Positions 17,389 to 27,607 of a DNA stretch of 64,000 nt are shown here, in pieces. Every line of letters begins with the position of its first letter. Positions within the stretch are counted from its first letter, which is position 1. This DNA comes from an uncultured Planctomycetia bacterium (GTDB taxonomy: Bacteria; Planctomycetota; UBA8108), in assembly GCA_964615885.1 (NCBI GenBank), contig CAZTRG010000281.1, positions 144-64,143 on the forward strand. The letters run 5' to 3'. The notes below the pieces were generated by a model. It ran no database searches, was not told the DNA's origin, and was given only the letters and a program-made list of their open reading frames with translations. A program made the position numbers and the translations under genes.

Positions 17389-19344
17389 ATGGCCGGCAGG
17401 AAAGAACAGATCGCGGAACTCGAGAGCGAGATCAGGCGCCATCGCCAGCTCTACTACAATGAGCAACCCGAGCTCAGCGATGCCGAATTCGATGAGCTGG
17501 TCGACCGGCTCGAGGAGCTGGCGCCGGGAAGCGAGGTTCTCGCCGAGGTCGGCGCCCCGGCCCCGGCCGGGCAGACCGGCCTGCCGACCAAGGAGCACCG
17601 CATCCCGATGGGCTCGCTTGACAAGGTCACCGAGGAGAAGCTCGAGCTCTGGGTTGAGAAGACCGGGCCGCTCTATCTCATCCAGGAGAAATACGATGGA
17701 ATCAGCCTCGAGCTCGAATACCAGGAGGGCAAGCTTGTAGACGCCATCACCCGCGGAGATGGTTTTACCGGGGAGGTCGTAACGCACAATGCCGTCGAGT
17801 TCTCAAATATCTCCAGCGAGCTGCCGGCCGCCTTTACCGGCAGTGTTCGCGGCGAGGTCATCCTGCGCCTCAGCACCTTCGAAAAACATTTCAGGGAAAA
17901 GGGCTTCGCCAATCCCCGCAACACCGTCAGCGGAACCGCCAGGAAGAAGCATGGCGACCGGTCGCTGAACCGGCACTTTGAGCTCTTCTTTTACGATGTG
18001 CTCAGCGTCGACCGCGAGTTCGAGACAGAGAAAGAAAAGATGGCCTACCTGGGTGAAGAGCTCGGCCTGCCGGTCGCGGTCAGCTACTTTGACCAGACGG
18101 TGGAAGGGCTGCTGGAAATCTACCAGCTCTACGAAGGGGCTGAAGAAGGCGAGGGCAAACGCTTCGAGCTCGACTACGAGATCGACGGTCTCGTTGTGCG
18201 CTCCGACTCGATCGCCCTGCAGCAGGAGCTCGGCAGCCGCCAGAACAAGCCGCGCTACGCCATGGCCTACAAGTTCCCCTCAGCGGGCAGCCCCACAAAG
18301 CTGCTCGATGTAGACTGGTCCCTCGGCCTTGGCTCCCGGATCACCCCGGTCGCCCGCCTCGAACCGGTACAGATTGCCGGCGTGACGGTCTCTAACGCCA
18401 CCCTGCACAATGTCGACACCATCGCCGAGCTTGACCTGAGAATCGGGGACACGGTCTTCGTGGAGCGCCGGGGAGATGTCATCCCCAAGGTCATCCGGGT
18501 CATCGAGAGCGGCGAAGGGGAGAAGCCCGCGCCCCCGCAAGACTGTCCGAGCTGCAGCGGCCCCCTCACCATGGATGGAAAATTCCTGGTCTGCCCGGGC
18601 GATGAGTGTCCCGGGAAAACCTATGGCGACATCCTGAAATGGATCAACTCCCTGGAGATCGATTCCCTCGGCGAGAAATGGGTGAGCACTCTCATCGAGG
18701 CCGGCCTGCTGAATGATCCGGCTGACCTCTACACCCTCTCGGCTGAAAACCTCGTACCGCTTGAGAGGATGGGAGACATCCTCGCAGCCAAGATCGTTCA
18801 GAACATCGATGAGTCCAGGGGCCCGGCCCTGGAACGATTCATCGCGGCCCTCAACATTCCCGGCTTCTCTCGCCAGCGTGCGCGCATGCTGATCGACGAG
18901 GGGGTCCTGACCCTCGCCCAGCTGCTTGAGATGCCGGCGGAGGAGATCGCCGCTGTGAAGGGATTTGCAGACATCTCTGCGGATGGAATCGTCAGCGGGC
19001 TGGAGAAACGCCGCGACCTCATCGAGAAGCTCCGAGGCCTGGGAGTTGAACCGCTCAAGGGTGAGCCCACCGAGGAGATCGACGGAGTCCTGAGCGGAAA
19101 GACCTTCTGCTTTACCGGCGCCATCCAGCGGCTGGATCCACGAACTGAGAAACGCTTCACCCGCAAACAACTTCAGGAAATGGTCAAGGCCAACGGAGGA
19201 CGCGTGCTGAAGGACGTAAACTCGAAGCTGGACCACCTCGTGATGGCGAATCCGGACTCGAAATCATCCAAGGCAAAAAAAGCGCGGCAGCAGGAGGTGG
19301 ACATCCTCTCCGAAGAAGAATTCTTTACCCTCATCGATGGCTAA
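17389..19344 (+). CDS. ligA: NAD-dependent DNA ligase
   Basis: Adenylation motif KYDGISLEL, a Zn-finger CPSCSGPL...CP, HhH repeats and a C-terminal BRCT domain (GKTFCFTGA). Confidence 0.95.
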   Translation: MAGRKEQIAELESEIRRHRQLYYNEQPELSDAEFDELVDRLEELAPGSEVLAEVGAPAPAGQTGLPTKEHRIPMGSLDKVTEEKLELWVEKTGPLYLIQEKYDGISLELEYQEGKLVDAITRGDGFTGEVVTHNAVEFSNISSELPAAFTGSVRGEVILRLSTFEKHFREKGFANPRNTVSGTARKKHGDRSLNRHFELFFYDVLSVDREFETEKEKMAYLGEELGLPVAVSYFDQTVEGLLEIYQLYEGAEEGEGKRFELDYEIDGLVVRSDSIALQQELGSRQNKPRYAMAYKFPSAGSPTKLLDVDWSLGLGSRITPVARLEPVQIAGVTVSNATLHNVDTIAELDLRIGDTVFVERRGDVIPKVIRVIESGEGEKPAPPQDCPSCSGPLTMDGKFLVCPGDECPGKTYGDILKWINSLEIDSLGEKWVSTLIEAGLLNDPADLYTLSAENLVPLERMGDILAAKIVQNIDESRGPALERFIAALNIPGFSRQRARMLIDEGVLTLAQLLEMPAEEIAAVKGFADISADGIVSGLEKRRDLIEKLRGLGVEPLKGEPTEEIDGVLSGKTFCFTGAIQRLDPRTEKRFTRKQLQEMVKANGGRVLKDVNSKLDHLVMANPDSKSSKAKKARQQEVDILSEEEFFTLIDG

Positions 19345-19429
19345 TCACCTTCTTGCAAAACGCTCGTGGCGTTTATAATCACTGCCCCCCCGCCTCGAGG
19401 CGTCAAAACAATACAAGGGAGAAGCCGAG

Positions 19430-20341
19430 ATGAGATTCTTCACAGCTTTTTTATTTCTACTTTTGCCGGCAAACCCCGCCCTGGGCGGCGATGAACAATA
19501 TGTTCTCGGCGCGGACTCCAAGCGTAAAAACGGGGTGCCGACGGGCAAGATCACCAAGCACAGCCACAAAAGCAGAATCTTCCCCGGAACCGAGCGCGAC
19601 TACTGGGTCTATGTCCCCGCCCAGTACGATGCCTCCGCCCCGGCAGCCCTGATGGTCTTCCAGGACGGCAAATGGTATGTCAACGAGAAGGGGCAGTTTC
19701 GCGTCCCGGTGGTCTTTGACAACCTCATCCACACCGGCGAGATGCCCATCACCATCGGCATCTTCATCAACCCGGGGGTCGTGCCGGCGGCAAAAAAGGG
19801 CGCCAAGGCGAGGAGGAACCGGAGCTTCGAATACGACACCCTCAGTAAGCAGTATGTGCGCTTCCTCTCCGAGGAGCTCATCCCCCTGGTCGAAAAGGAA
19901 TACCGGCTGGCTGATGACCCGAAGATGAGGGCGATCGCAGGCATCAGCTCCGGAGGGATCTGCGCATTCACCGCAGCCTGGGAGCGGCCGGACTACTTCC
20001 ACAAGGTTGTCAGCCATGTCGGCAGCTTTACCAACATCCGCGGGGGGCACGTCTACCCGAGCCTCATCCGTAAAACCGAGCACAAGGACATCCGGGTCTT
20101 TCTGCAGGCTGGGGCCAACGACCTCGACAACCTCCATGGCAGCTGGCCGCTGGCCAACCACCAGATGGCTGCCGCCCTGAGGTTCAGCAAATACGATTTC
20201 GGCTTCGTATTCGGTGAGGGAGGGCACAACGGCAGGCACGGCGGCGCCATCCTGCCGGACACCCTGCGCTGGCTGTGGAGAGACTGGAAAGGGGCCGGCG
20301 CTGAGAAAGAGAGCCCCCAGGAGAACGGGGAGAAGAAATGA
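19430..20341 (+). CDS. secreted alpha/beta-hydrolase esterase (enterochelin-esterase / CE1-like 'putative esterase' family)
   Basis: Signal peptide, nucleophile elbow GISSGG, and the family-typical [23 protein letters not shown] block. Confidence 0.8.
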   Translation: MRFFTAFLFLLLPANPALGGDEQYVLGADSKRKNGVPTGKITKHSHKSRIFPGTERDYWVYVPAQYDASAPAALMVFQDGKWYVNEKGQFRVPVVFDNLIHTGEMPITIGIFINPGVVPAAKKGAKARRNRSFEYDTLSKQYVRFLSEELIPLVEKEYRLADDPKMRAIAGISSGGICAFTAAWERPDYFHKVVSHVGSFTNIRGGHVYPSLIRKTEHKDIRVFLQAGANDLDNLHGSWPLANHQMAAALRFSKYDFGFVFGEGGHNGRHGGAILPDTLRWLWRDWKGAGAEKESPQENGEKK

Positions 20342-21258
20342 GAGGAATGCTCTCCAGGGCAATGCCCGCCATCCTGTTGCTGGTGCTGGCCACCGGCAGC
20401 AGCCTGGCAGCCCAGGACATGCCGCTTGACCAGGTACTCATCGAGGGCGAGGGCTGGGAGCTGGTGGGTGAGGGTTACAAGTTTACAGAGGGGCCCGCCT
20501 GCGACCCGGCCGGGCGCCTGTACTTTACCGACCCACCGGGCAACACCATCTACCGTCTCGGCGAAGATGGCAAACCGGAGGTCTTCGCAAAAGATGCCGG
20601 GCACCCGGGAGGAATGATGTTTGGCCCTGGCGGACGGCTCTACTGTACCCAGGGCGCAAAACGCCGGATCGTTGCCTACGACACTGCCGGAAAGGTCGAG
20701 GTGATCGCCTCCGATATCCGGTCCAATGACCTGGTTGTCACCGGCAAGGGCGGTGTCTATTTCACCGACCCGAGGGCAAAGCGGATCTGGTATGTCGATC
20801 CACAGAGGAACAAGAGAGTCGTCGATGAGGGAATCGAGCGTCCCAACGGCATCATTCTCTGGCCCGACCAGGGCACCCTGGTGGTCGCAGACACCAACAC
20901 CTCCAGCCTGTGGACCTTCCGGATCGAAAAAGACGGCAGCCTGAGCCAGAAGCAGCCCTACTACACCATGAGGCTGGCCAGGGAGCAGGCCCCCAAAAGC
21001 GGCGCTGACGGCATGACGGTTGACCGTGACGGACGGCTCTTTGTGGCCACCCACTGCGGGCTGCAGATGTTCGATACCCAGGGAAGGATCAGCGGCGTGA
21101 TCGCAAAGCCGCAGGCCGCCTTTCTCTCGAATGTCGTCTTCGCGGGCAAGGGCCTGCAGACCCTCTACGTCACCTGCAGCGACAAGGTCTTCCGGCGGAA
21201 AACAAAGACCAGGGGGCTGCTCTTCTTCCAGCCCGTCCCCCCACCTTCGAAGCCCTGA
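20338..21258 (+). CDS. secreted SMP-30/gluconolactonase/LRE-family beta-propeller
   Basis: [35 protein letters not shown] and [15 protein letters not shown] are typical SGL repeat blocks. ATGA overlap with the esterase. Confidence 0.8.
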   Translation: MRGMLSRAMPAILLLVLATGSSLAAQDMPLDQVLIEGEGWELVGEGYKFTEGPACDPAGRLYFTDPPGNTIYRLGEDGKPEVFAKDAGHPGGMMFGPGGRLYCTQGAKRRIVAYDTAGKVEVIASDIRSNDLVVTGKGGVYFTDPRAKRIWYVDPQRNKRVVDEGIERPNGIILWPDQGTLVVADTNTSSLWTFRIEKDGSLSQKQPYYTMRLAREQAPKSGADGMTVDRDGRLFVATHCGLQMFDTQGRISGVIAKPQAAFLSNVVFAGKGLQTLYVTCSDKVFRRKTKTRGLLFFQPVPPPSKP

Positions 21259-21259
21259 T

Positions 21260-22867
21260 TCAGCGCACCTGCAATACGGCCCTTCTCTTGAGATCGTAAA
21301 AGGACTTTGCACCCAGGCGGGCTCGCTTGTCACCGGCATAGAAATGAGCCTTGTGGAGGCCCAGCACCTCCGCTACCGACCCCCGGACAACGATGGCCGT
21401 TGACTCATCAAGCCCGATCCCCAGCAGCTGGGGAAAACGGGCAACCAGGGCCTCCATGTCTGCCAGCCGTCCCCGCTGGCTGAAGTGCTGGTCGACTGCC
21501 GCGCCGGGAAGAAAACCGAAACCCCTCTCGTATCCCTCCGCCATGATATCGAGGTTACCGAGCGGGTTGCCGCGCGCCATGTAGGAGGCCTGGATGGAGG
21601 CGCCGGCCGAGCTTCCGCCGACGACTCCCCCACGCCGGAGAACGCCATGGAAGAGCTGCTCGATCTCGGTGCCTCCATAGGCATCGACAAGGCGCCACTG
21701 GCGCCCGCCGCAGAACCAGACACCCCCGGCCTTGTTGAGTACCGCAGCAAACTGTTTCCGCTCCTTTGCATCGGGGCGTCGACTGTGCAGCACAACGAGG
21801 TTCCGGGCCCCCTGGCGCCGAAGCATCCTCTCCTCGCCAGGTGGGTCCGGAACAGGATCCTCCATGGCGCCTGGAATAATGGCGATGAGCGACCCTGGCC
21901 CGCCAGCGAGCTCGATAAAGCGGCGAACAATACCGGCGGGCATCCCGCCACCCCCTCCAAGGACAAGGGAACCTGCCGGAACAGCTGTGCGCTCCTGCGA
22001 GGCCGGGGGAAATCTTTCACCAGCCCGCGCTAGAGCCGCCCGCCGCAAGGCCGTCAGATCGGCCACCTGCCCCTGGCGAAGCAGCTGCTCCTTGAGCGGG
22101 CGGGTTTGGGCAGCTCCGGAACCTGCAGGTGCCAGGAACACACTGACAGCACCCTTGCCCAGCACCATCAGCCGCCTTCCCCTTGCGATGAGAGCGGTAC
22201 CCTCATCAATGCCATAGCCTACCAGGGCGGGACGAGCACTGATCACCCCCACCAGCCGCCCGCGGCGCTTGCGAGCGGTAAAATGCTGATCGATGACGGA
22301 GCCGGGAAGAAGGTTGAAGCCGGTCCCGAGCTCCGCTTTTGCCGTCCCCCCGCTAATCATGACCCGCGACATGATGGCTGCCCCCGCGCTTGTTCCTCCC
22401 ACGACCCCGCCCCGGGCAAGCAGCGCATAGAGCTCCTTCTCGACCCGGGTCCCCAGGTAGGCTTTTGAAATCCGGCCCTGGCTTCCTCCTCCAAACCAGA
22501 CCCCGCTAGCCTCACGAAGTTGAAGGCAGAAAGCCTCTTCATCAGCTCGCTGGCGCGACCGTGTGTGCAGCAGGACCACCGAGGCAGGCTTCCTCTTGCG
22601 CCAGGGAGAGAGGTAATTCTCGGCCTTTTCCTTGTCGGCCCCGGCACTGGCAGTCGGGATAATCACCAGGCGCGCCGAGCTTCCGCCGGCCAGCTTCAGG
22701 AACTGCCCGGCGACCTGCTCCGGAAGTTCCCCCCCGCCGCAGATCACCAGGGAGCCCTTGATTCCGGCTGCCTCGATCCTCGCTGCTGAATCGGCCGGAT
22801 ACGCTGCCAGCGGCAGGATGCCCTGGATCCAGCCGCCCAGGAAGATCAAGCAGAGCAGGCTTCTCAA
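21260..22867 (-). CDS. secreted tandem peptidase-S51 (cyanophycinase/dipeptidase E-like) protein
   Basis: Two homologous halves each carry GGG(E/G)..., (V/A)IIPTAS/IIPGAM, GG(S/R)Q and a Ser-nucleophile motif (GGTSAGAAIMS and GGSSAGASIQ). TTG start with a TTGA overlap to the upstream gene. The N-terminus looks like a signal peptide. Confidence 0.75.
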   Translation of the reverse strand: MRSLLCLIFLGGWIQGILPLAAYPADSAARIEAAGIKGSLVICGGGELPEQVAGQFLKLAGGSSARLVIIPTASAGADKEKAENYLSPWRKRKPASVVLLHTRSRQRADEEAFCLQLREASGVWFGGGSQGRISKAYLGTRVEKELYALLARGGVVGGTSAGAAIMSRVMISGGTAKAELGTGFNLLPGSVIDQHFTARKRRGRLVGVISARPALVGYGIDEGTALIARGRRLMVLGKGAVSVFLAPAGSGAAQTRPLKEQLLRQGQVADLTALRRAALARAGERFPPASQERTAVPAGSLVLGGGGGMPAGIVRRFIELAGGPGSLIAIIPGAMEDPVPDPPGEERMLRRQGARNLVVLHSRRPDAKERKQFAAVLNKAGGVWFCGGRQWRLVDAYGGTEIEQLFHGVLRRGGVVGGSSAGASIQASYMARGNPLGNLDIMAEGYERGFGFLPGAAVDQHFSQRGRLADMEALVARFPQLLGIGLDESTAIVVRGSVAEVLGLHKAHFYAGDKRARLGAKSFYDLKRRAVLQVR

Positions 22868-23235
22868 CTTCCTTCATCCCCGGCGCCGGTGGATTCATTT
22901 TCCCCCGGCGCTGCACCGCTGCCGGAAGGTTCAGAAGCGTAGGCCTGCCGTCGGGCGGCCTCGCTCCAACCCTCTTTCTCGAACTTCCGGGCAAGCTTCC
23001 TGACAAGCACCGAGAGCCCTGCCAGCAGAACAGCCGCCGCCAGGACCATAAAGATCGGGGTGTGCCAGTAGATCGTCGGCTTCCAGCGGCCGAAAGAGCT
23101 GGTTGGCTTCACGGGAATCGTGATGATGCCGGGCTCGGTCGAGGTTTCGGCTGAAGGCTCGCCTGTACCCTTTGCGGTATTCTGCATGAATGAAACAACG
23201 CCCGCTGGAAATTCAGAACCGCTCGGCCGGGCCAC
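22864..23235 (-). CDS. hypothetical single-TM protein
   Basis: High-GC3 ORF with one hydrophobic helix (IFMVLAAAVLLAGLSVLV). The start is ambiguous: GTG at 23235 or ATG at 23187. Confidence 0.45.
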   Translation of the reverse strand: MARPSGSEFPAGVVSFMQNTAKGTGEPSAETSTEPGIITIPVKPTSSFGRWKPTIYWHTPIFMVLAAAVLLAGLSVLVRKLARKFEKEGWSEAARRQAYASEPSGSGAAPGENESTGAGDEGS

Positions 23236-23316
23236 TCCCTGCCGCCTTGTAAGATCGCCTCATTATACGAGGGTTCACCAGCCAAAACACGATGAACAAA
23301 AGCGGGGCCCGGAATT

Positions 23317-24375
23317 TCAGTCGGCCGGAGGCGGTGGCGGAGGAGGCGGTGGCGCCTGGTCCTTCGCTTCAAGCTTCGGTGTCTCGGGCTCTGGCACATC
23401 CGGCTTCCCGGGCTCTTTTTCAGCAGGGACCGGCTTTACCAGGTCTCGCGGCTGGACCGAATTACCCGCCAGCAATTCGACAATTTCTGCACCGCTGTAA
23501 TCAGCCCAGACCCTGACAACCTTGACGAAGGCAATGTGCTCGCCGGTTCGAGAGACCGAGAAGAGCTGGCCTTCCTTGATGCCTGCCTTCATTCCCCGGT
23601 TCAGGACCACGATGCCGGTGGCTACATCCGAGGCTCGGACCTCGAACACCGGCAAGGGCTGCGCCGATGTTTCCCCCGCTCCCCTGGTGAGGGCTGCCAG
23701 CTTATCCTCGGCCCCTTCGGGTTCCGCCTTCGACACAGTCTCCTTCGCGCGCTGCTCCGGGATGCCTGCAAGATCTTTGTGGAACTGGTCGACGGCCAGG
23801 CGCAGATCCGCTGAAGTTTTTTCTGACTGCTCCCGGATCTCTGCCAGCTCGCCCTGGAGGTCTGCAACTTTGCGGGATGCTCCCACCTCTGCCTCCTGGT
23901 TTTTCCGGAGCTCAGCCAGCTGCTCAAGAATCCTGGCCTGCGCAGAGTCCGCTGCCTCAGCCCTGCCTGCATTGTCCTGGCGCAGTGTCGCAACCGACTG
24001 GGAAACATTGCCAAGGCTGCCTTCCAGTAACTTGAGGCGGTCGGTAACGGAGCCCGGGTTCCCCTCATCGCCCTCCTTGCCAAGCTTGGTACTGAAACGC
24101 CCAAGGTCTTTCTCAAGCACACTGAGCCGGCTTTCCAGGAGGCCGTTGCGCCCCTGGGCCAGCTCAAGCCGGTTGGAGAGCTTCTGGTTCTCAACTCGCA
24201 GCTCAACCTCCTGCTGCGAAGATGACTGCTCAAGAGAACCGAGGCGCTTCTCGGCCAGGTCCAGCTTCGTTTCGAGCACAACAAGAGCCGAAAGGCGCGA
24301 CTCAACGTAAACACCAAAGATGGCAACAAGGCCAAAAACCACCACTAAAGGAAGCCAGCTGTTTTTGCTGAGCAT
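23317..24375 (-). CDS. membrane-anchored coiled-coil protein with a C-terminal small beta-domain and a Pro9 tail
   Basis: N-terminal TM helix (SWLPLVVVFGLVAIFGVYV), about 200 aa of heptad-like LE/LA repeats, then GIVVLNRGMKAGIKEGQLFSV...VKVVRVWADYSGAEIVEL, ending ...APPPPPPPPPAD. ATG with GGAGGTGG upstream. Confidence 0.6.
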   Translation of the reverse strand: MLSKNSWLPLVVVFGLVAIFGVYVESRLSALVVLETKLDLAEKRLGSLEQSSSQQEVELRVENQKLSNRLELAQGRNGLLESRLSVLEKDLGRFSTKLGKEGDEGNPGSVTDRLKLLEGSLGNVSQSVATLRQDNAGRAEAADSAQARILEQLAELRKNQEAEVGASRKVADLQGELAEIREQSEKTSADLRLAVDQFHKDLAGIPEQRAKETVSKAEPEGAEDKLAALTRGAGETSAQPLPVFEVRASDVATGIVVLNRGMKAGIKEGQLFSVSRTGEHIAFVKVVRVWADYSGAEIVELLAGNSVQPRDLVKPVPAEKEPGKPDVPEPETPKLEAKDQAPPPPPPPPPAD

Positions 24376-24461
24376 CTCTCCACCTCCCAGGCAACCAGGT
24401 CTTCACTTCAACTTTTCTCGAAAGCTTTAGGGGATTTAACTACAAGCAGAAGCAAATTTCA

Positions 24462-25370
24462 TCACCCTTCTCTCCCGCTTGAAGAAAAGACCAGTGCTGC
24501 AGCCCCCGCCGCCCCTGGTGAAGCCCCTGCCTCGCTGGCGACAATCCTCAGCTGCTCTGCAGCCCCTGGAGCGATGTACAGGACAATCTCGCGCTTGAGA
24601 ACACCCTCGAAGCAATCGAAGGCAGCTGCCACGCCACCTCCCAGGACGACAACCTGTGGGTCAAGTACAGCAGCCAGGATCCCCAGGCCCCGGGCCACAG
24701 CAACACCGAAGGCCTCGAAAACCTCTCCTGCAGCAGGGTCGCCATTGCGGGCGAGCTCACTGATCTCCGCTCCGGCCCGCTTGACCCCCACCTGCTCAAA
24801 ATAGAGCTGCTCCAGGCCGGGACCCGAGAGCACCTCATCGAAGGTCCGCTCACCACAGGGAGCCCTGTAAACCTCGCCGGCGTTAAAGGTGGCGCCTTCG
24901 TGGATGCGGCCGTCGACAACCAGTCCGGCGCCACAACCAGTACCCATCGTCACCCCGAGCACAACTGACTCTGCCCTGGCCGCCCCGTAAAGCGCCTCCC
25001 CCAGGGCAAAACAATTGCCATCGTTGCTGATCTCCACCCGCGTTCCATAGCGTTGCTGAAGCGTTCCCCGGAGAGGGAAATAATGCAGGCCCGGCAGGGT
25101 CGGAATCTCCAGCAGGGTCCCGGACCGCGCGTCGAGCGGCCCGGGCGAGCCGACCCCGATTCCTTCAAGCGCCGCGGAATCAATTCCCGCAGCCGCCAGG
25201 GCCCCATCGACAACACCTAGAAGCGCTTCCCGGCTTCCCTCCGCAGGGCCATCGGCAAGGGTCGGCTCAACAGCCAGCGCACCCAGCAGCCTGCCATCGG
25301 GCTCAAAGACCCCCGCAGCTATCTTGGTTCCACCGAGGTCCACCCCCACTGCCAGTCCCTCGGCACCCAT
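24462..25370 (-). CDS. ROK-family sugar kinase (glucokinase-like)
   Basis: VDLGGTKIAAGVF ATP-binding motif and ROK-type GxGxGxG blocks (GVTMGTGCGAGLVVDG). Confidence 0.85.
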   Translation of the reverse strand: MGAEGLAVGVDLGGTKIAAGVFEPDGRLLGALAVEPTLADGPAEGSREALLGVVDGALAAAGIDSAALEGIGVGSPGPLDARSGTLLEIPTLPGLHYFPLRGTLQQRYGTRVEISNDGNCFALGEALYGAARAESVVLGVTMGTGCGAGLVVDGRIHEGATFNAGEVYRAPCGERTFDEVLSGPGLEQLYFEQVGVKRAGAEISELARNGDPAAGEVFEAFGVAVARGLGILAAVLDPQVVVLGGGVAAAFDCFEGVLKREIVLYIAPGAAEQLRIVASEAGASPGAAGAAALVFSSSGREG

Positions 25371-25373
25371 CGA

Positions 25374-26801
25374 TCAGGAGCCCTCGCTGAGCCGGACCGC
25401 GAGCATCTTCAGAACAAAGAGCAGGAAGATAAAGGATGCTGAGATGTCAACCGTGATGGTCACAAAGGGCCCGGATGCGATCGCCGGATCGATACCTACC
25501 CGCCTGCAGATAACCGGCACAAGAGCGCCGATCGCCGCAGCCCAGGCAATCGAGGCAAAGAGGCCGCAAACCACCACCATGATAATATCCGGTTGATACC
25601 TGGCTCCGAAGAAGAACGACAGGACCAGGCCAACCAGCACAGCGATCACCAGGCCGATGAGAATTCCAATAAGCAATTCCTGCCAGACCGCACGGGATAT
25701 TCTCCCCGGGTGGATCTCGCCGGTAGCCAGGCCGCGGACGAACACCGTCGAGGTAACCACCGCCACGTTCCCTGACAGGCCGCTGATGAGATGGACGATG
25801 GGCAAGACCAGCAGCATGAGCAGGCTGGCCTCGGCGGTCCCGTTTTCGGTGATAACCTCCCTGAAGTGGTTCTGCACCAGCAGCACCCCGATACAACCGG
25901 TCAGGGTCACCAGCAGGAAGGGGAGGCGCTTCGCCACTCCAACATGAACAGGTTCGTAATAGGGGTGGATGGCAGTAGTTCCCGCCATTCGAAGCATGTC
26001 TTCACTGTGCTCATCCTGCACCGCATCCAGCACATCATCGAAGGTGACAATACCCCGGATACTGCCGGTGGAATCAACCACCGGAACAACCGGCAGGTTG
26101 TACTTGTCAACCACGGCGGCCACCTCTTCCCTGTCAGTCTCGACCTCGACCTTCACGAGGTCGGTTTCCATGTGATCCCGGACAGAGGTTTCCGGGGGTG
26201 CCCGCAGCAGCTCCCTGATCGAGACAACTCCCTCGAGCCGGCCCTCCTTCGAGGTGATATAGACATAGCTGATGACCTCGGCATTGAGGTTGCCCTGGAT
26301 GGTTGCCAGGGCCTCGCCGCTGGTGGCCTCCATGGATGCCACCAGGAATTCTGGCGTCATCATTCCACCGGCACTATCCGCCTCGTACTGGCGGAGCTCT
26401 CGAACATCCTCGGCATCTTCATCCTCAAGCTCAGCAATAAGCCGCTCCTGCTCAGCTCTTGGAAGCTCATCCAGGGCGTCAACCAGGTCATCGACCGGCA
26501 TCTCCCCGATCACCTCGCGGCGCTCTTCTTCGGTCAGTCCATCCAGCAGATCTGCCCGGGTCTGCTGGTCGGTCTCCTCCAGAACCGTTGCCTTGCTCTC
26601 AACCGAAGGCAGGGCTTTGAAGATAACCAGTCGCTCGTCAGTATCGAGGTCACCCAGGACGGCCGCGACATCCTCGGGAGCAACCCTGTTCAGGCACCCT
26701 CGCAGGGCAACAAGATCTTCGGCACCGAGTATACTGAGAGAGACCAGCGTCTCCCTGAGCGCTACTGCACGATCCTGCATAGAGCTTTCGTATTGGGCCA
26801 T
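25374..26801 (-). CDS. mgtE: magnesium transporter MgtE
   Basis: N-domain, tandem CBS domains, and a C-terminal 5-TM domain with the typical MgtE blocks (GNVAVVTSTVFVRGLATGE, DPAIASGPFVTITVD). Start set at the internal ATG (MAQYES...); the ORF-track start at 26876 is TTG. Confidence 0.9.
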   Translation of the reverse strand: MAQYESSMQDRAVALRETLVSLSILGAEDLVALRGCLNRVAPEDVAAVLGDLDTDERLVIFKALPSVESKATVLEETDQQTRADLLDGLTEEERREVIGEMPVDDLVDALDELPRAEQERLIAELEDEDAEDVRELRQYEADSAGGMMTPEFLVASMEATSGEALATIQGNLNAEVISYVYITSKEGRLEGVVSIRELLRAPPETSVRDHMETDLVKVEVETDREEVAAVVDKYNLPVVPVVDSTGSIRGIVTFDDVLDAVQDEHSEDMLRMAGTTAIHPYYEPVHVGVAKRLPFLLVTLTGCIGVLLVQNHFREVITENGTAEASLLMLLVLPIVHLISGLSGNVAVVTSTVFVRGLATGEIHPGRISRAVWQELLIGILIGLVIAVLVGLVLSFFFGARYQPDIIMVVVCGLFASIAWAAAIGALVPVICRRVGIDPAIASGPFVTITVDISASFIFLLFVLKMLAVRLSEGS

Positions 26802-27004
26802 GGGACTGTTACCTGGACTGGCGGCCTGCAAAGTTTGAAAGAGACCCTTTTTTTCCCCCACGGGGATAAAGGTCAAGCTAAATCCAATCCACCGGAACCC
26901 GCAGGGCTGCCGTCAAGGTCCGGATAAGTTTGAAGAAGCACCCCGCCACAGGAGTATAGTTATGTATACGGGTAAAAACACCAACCGCCAGCAAAGGAAA
27001 TAGA

Positions 27005-27607
27005 ATGAGCGAAGGGGATACGCAAGCCGGGGACAGCGGCGGAAAAGAGACTCAGTTCATTCCCCAGGCTCTGCCCGAGGTCATCCTCATCGAGCCCGCC
27101 TTGTGGCGGGACGAGCGAGGTTTCTTCCTTGAATCCTATAAAGCCGAAGCCTGGCAGGAGGCTGGGATCCCGGAGTTCATCCAGGACAACCACTCCTCAT
27201 CAGGCCGGGGAGTCCTTCGCGGACTGCACGCCCAGCTCCGGCAACCCCAGGGCAAGCTGGTGCGTGTTATCGAGGGGGAGATCTACGACGTCGCCGTCGA
27301 TATCAGGCCCGGCTCACCCGGCTACGGGAAATGGGTCTCCGCTCATCTCTCAGCTGAGAATTTCCGCCAGCTCTACATTCCACCGGGTTTCGCCCATGGC
27401 TTCTGTGTCCTTGGCGAAAAGGCCCAGGTGCTCTACAAGGTCACCGGCCCCTATGACCCCGCCGATGAAATCACCATTGCCTGGAATGACCCGCAGCTGG
27501 CCATCGACTGGCCTCTCAGCGACCCGGTCCTGTCGGAAAAAGATGCTGCCGCTGCCAGGCTGGAAGAACTTGCCGATCGTCTCCCGGGCCGGGAGGGCGA
27601 CTCTTGA
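27005..27607 (+). CDS. rfbC: dTDP-4-dehydrorhamnose 3,5-epimerase
   Basis: [23 protein letters not shown] and PPGFAHGF are canonical RmlC blocks. Confidence 0.9.
   Translation: MSEGDTQAGDSGGKETQFIPQALPEVILIEPALWRDERGFFLESYKAEAWQEAGIPEFIQDNHSSSGRGVLRGLHAQLRQPQGKLVRVIEGEIYDVAVDIRPGSPGYGKWVSAHLSAENFRQLYIPPGFAHGFCVLGEKAQVLYKVTGPYDPADEITIAWNDPQLAIDWPLSDPVLSEKDAAAARLEELADRLPGREGDS

Noticed and set aside
26802-27004. Possible Mg2+ riboswitch (M-box) in the mgtE leader
   Set aside because: I could not find the conserved M-box core sequences or its multi-helix layout in the roughly 200-nt leader on the minus strand. A covariance-model scan would be needed to be sure.
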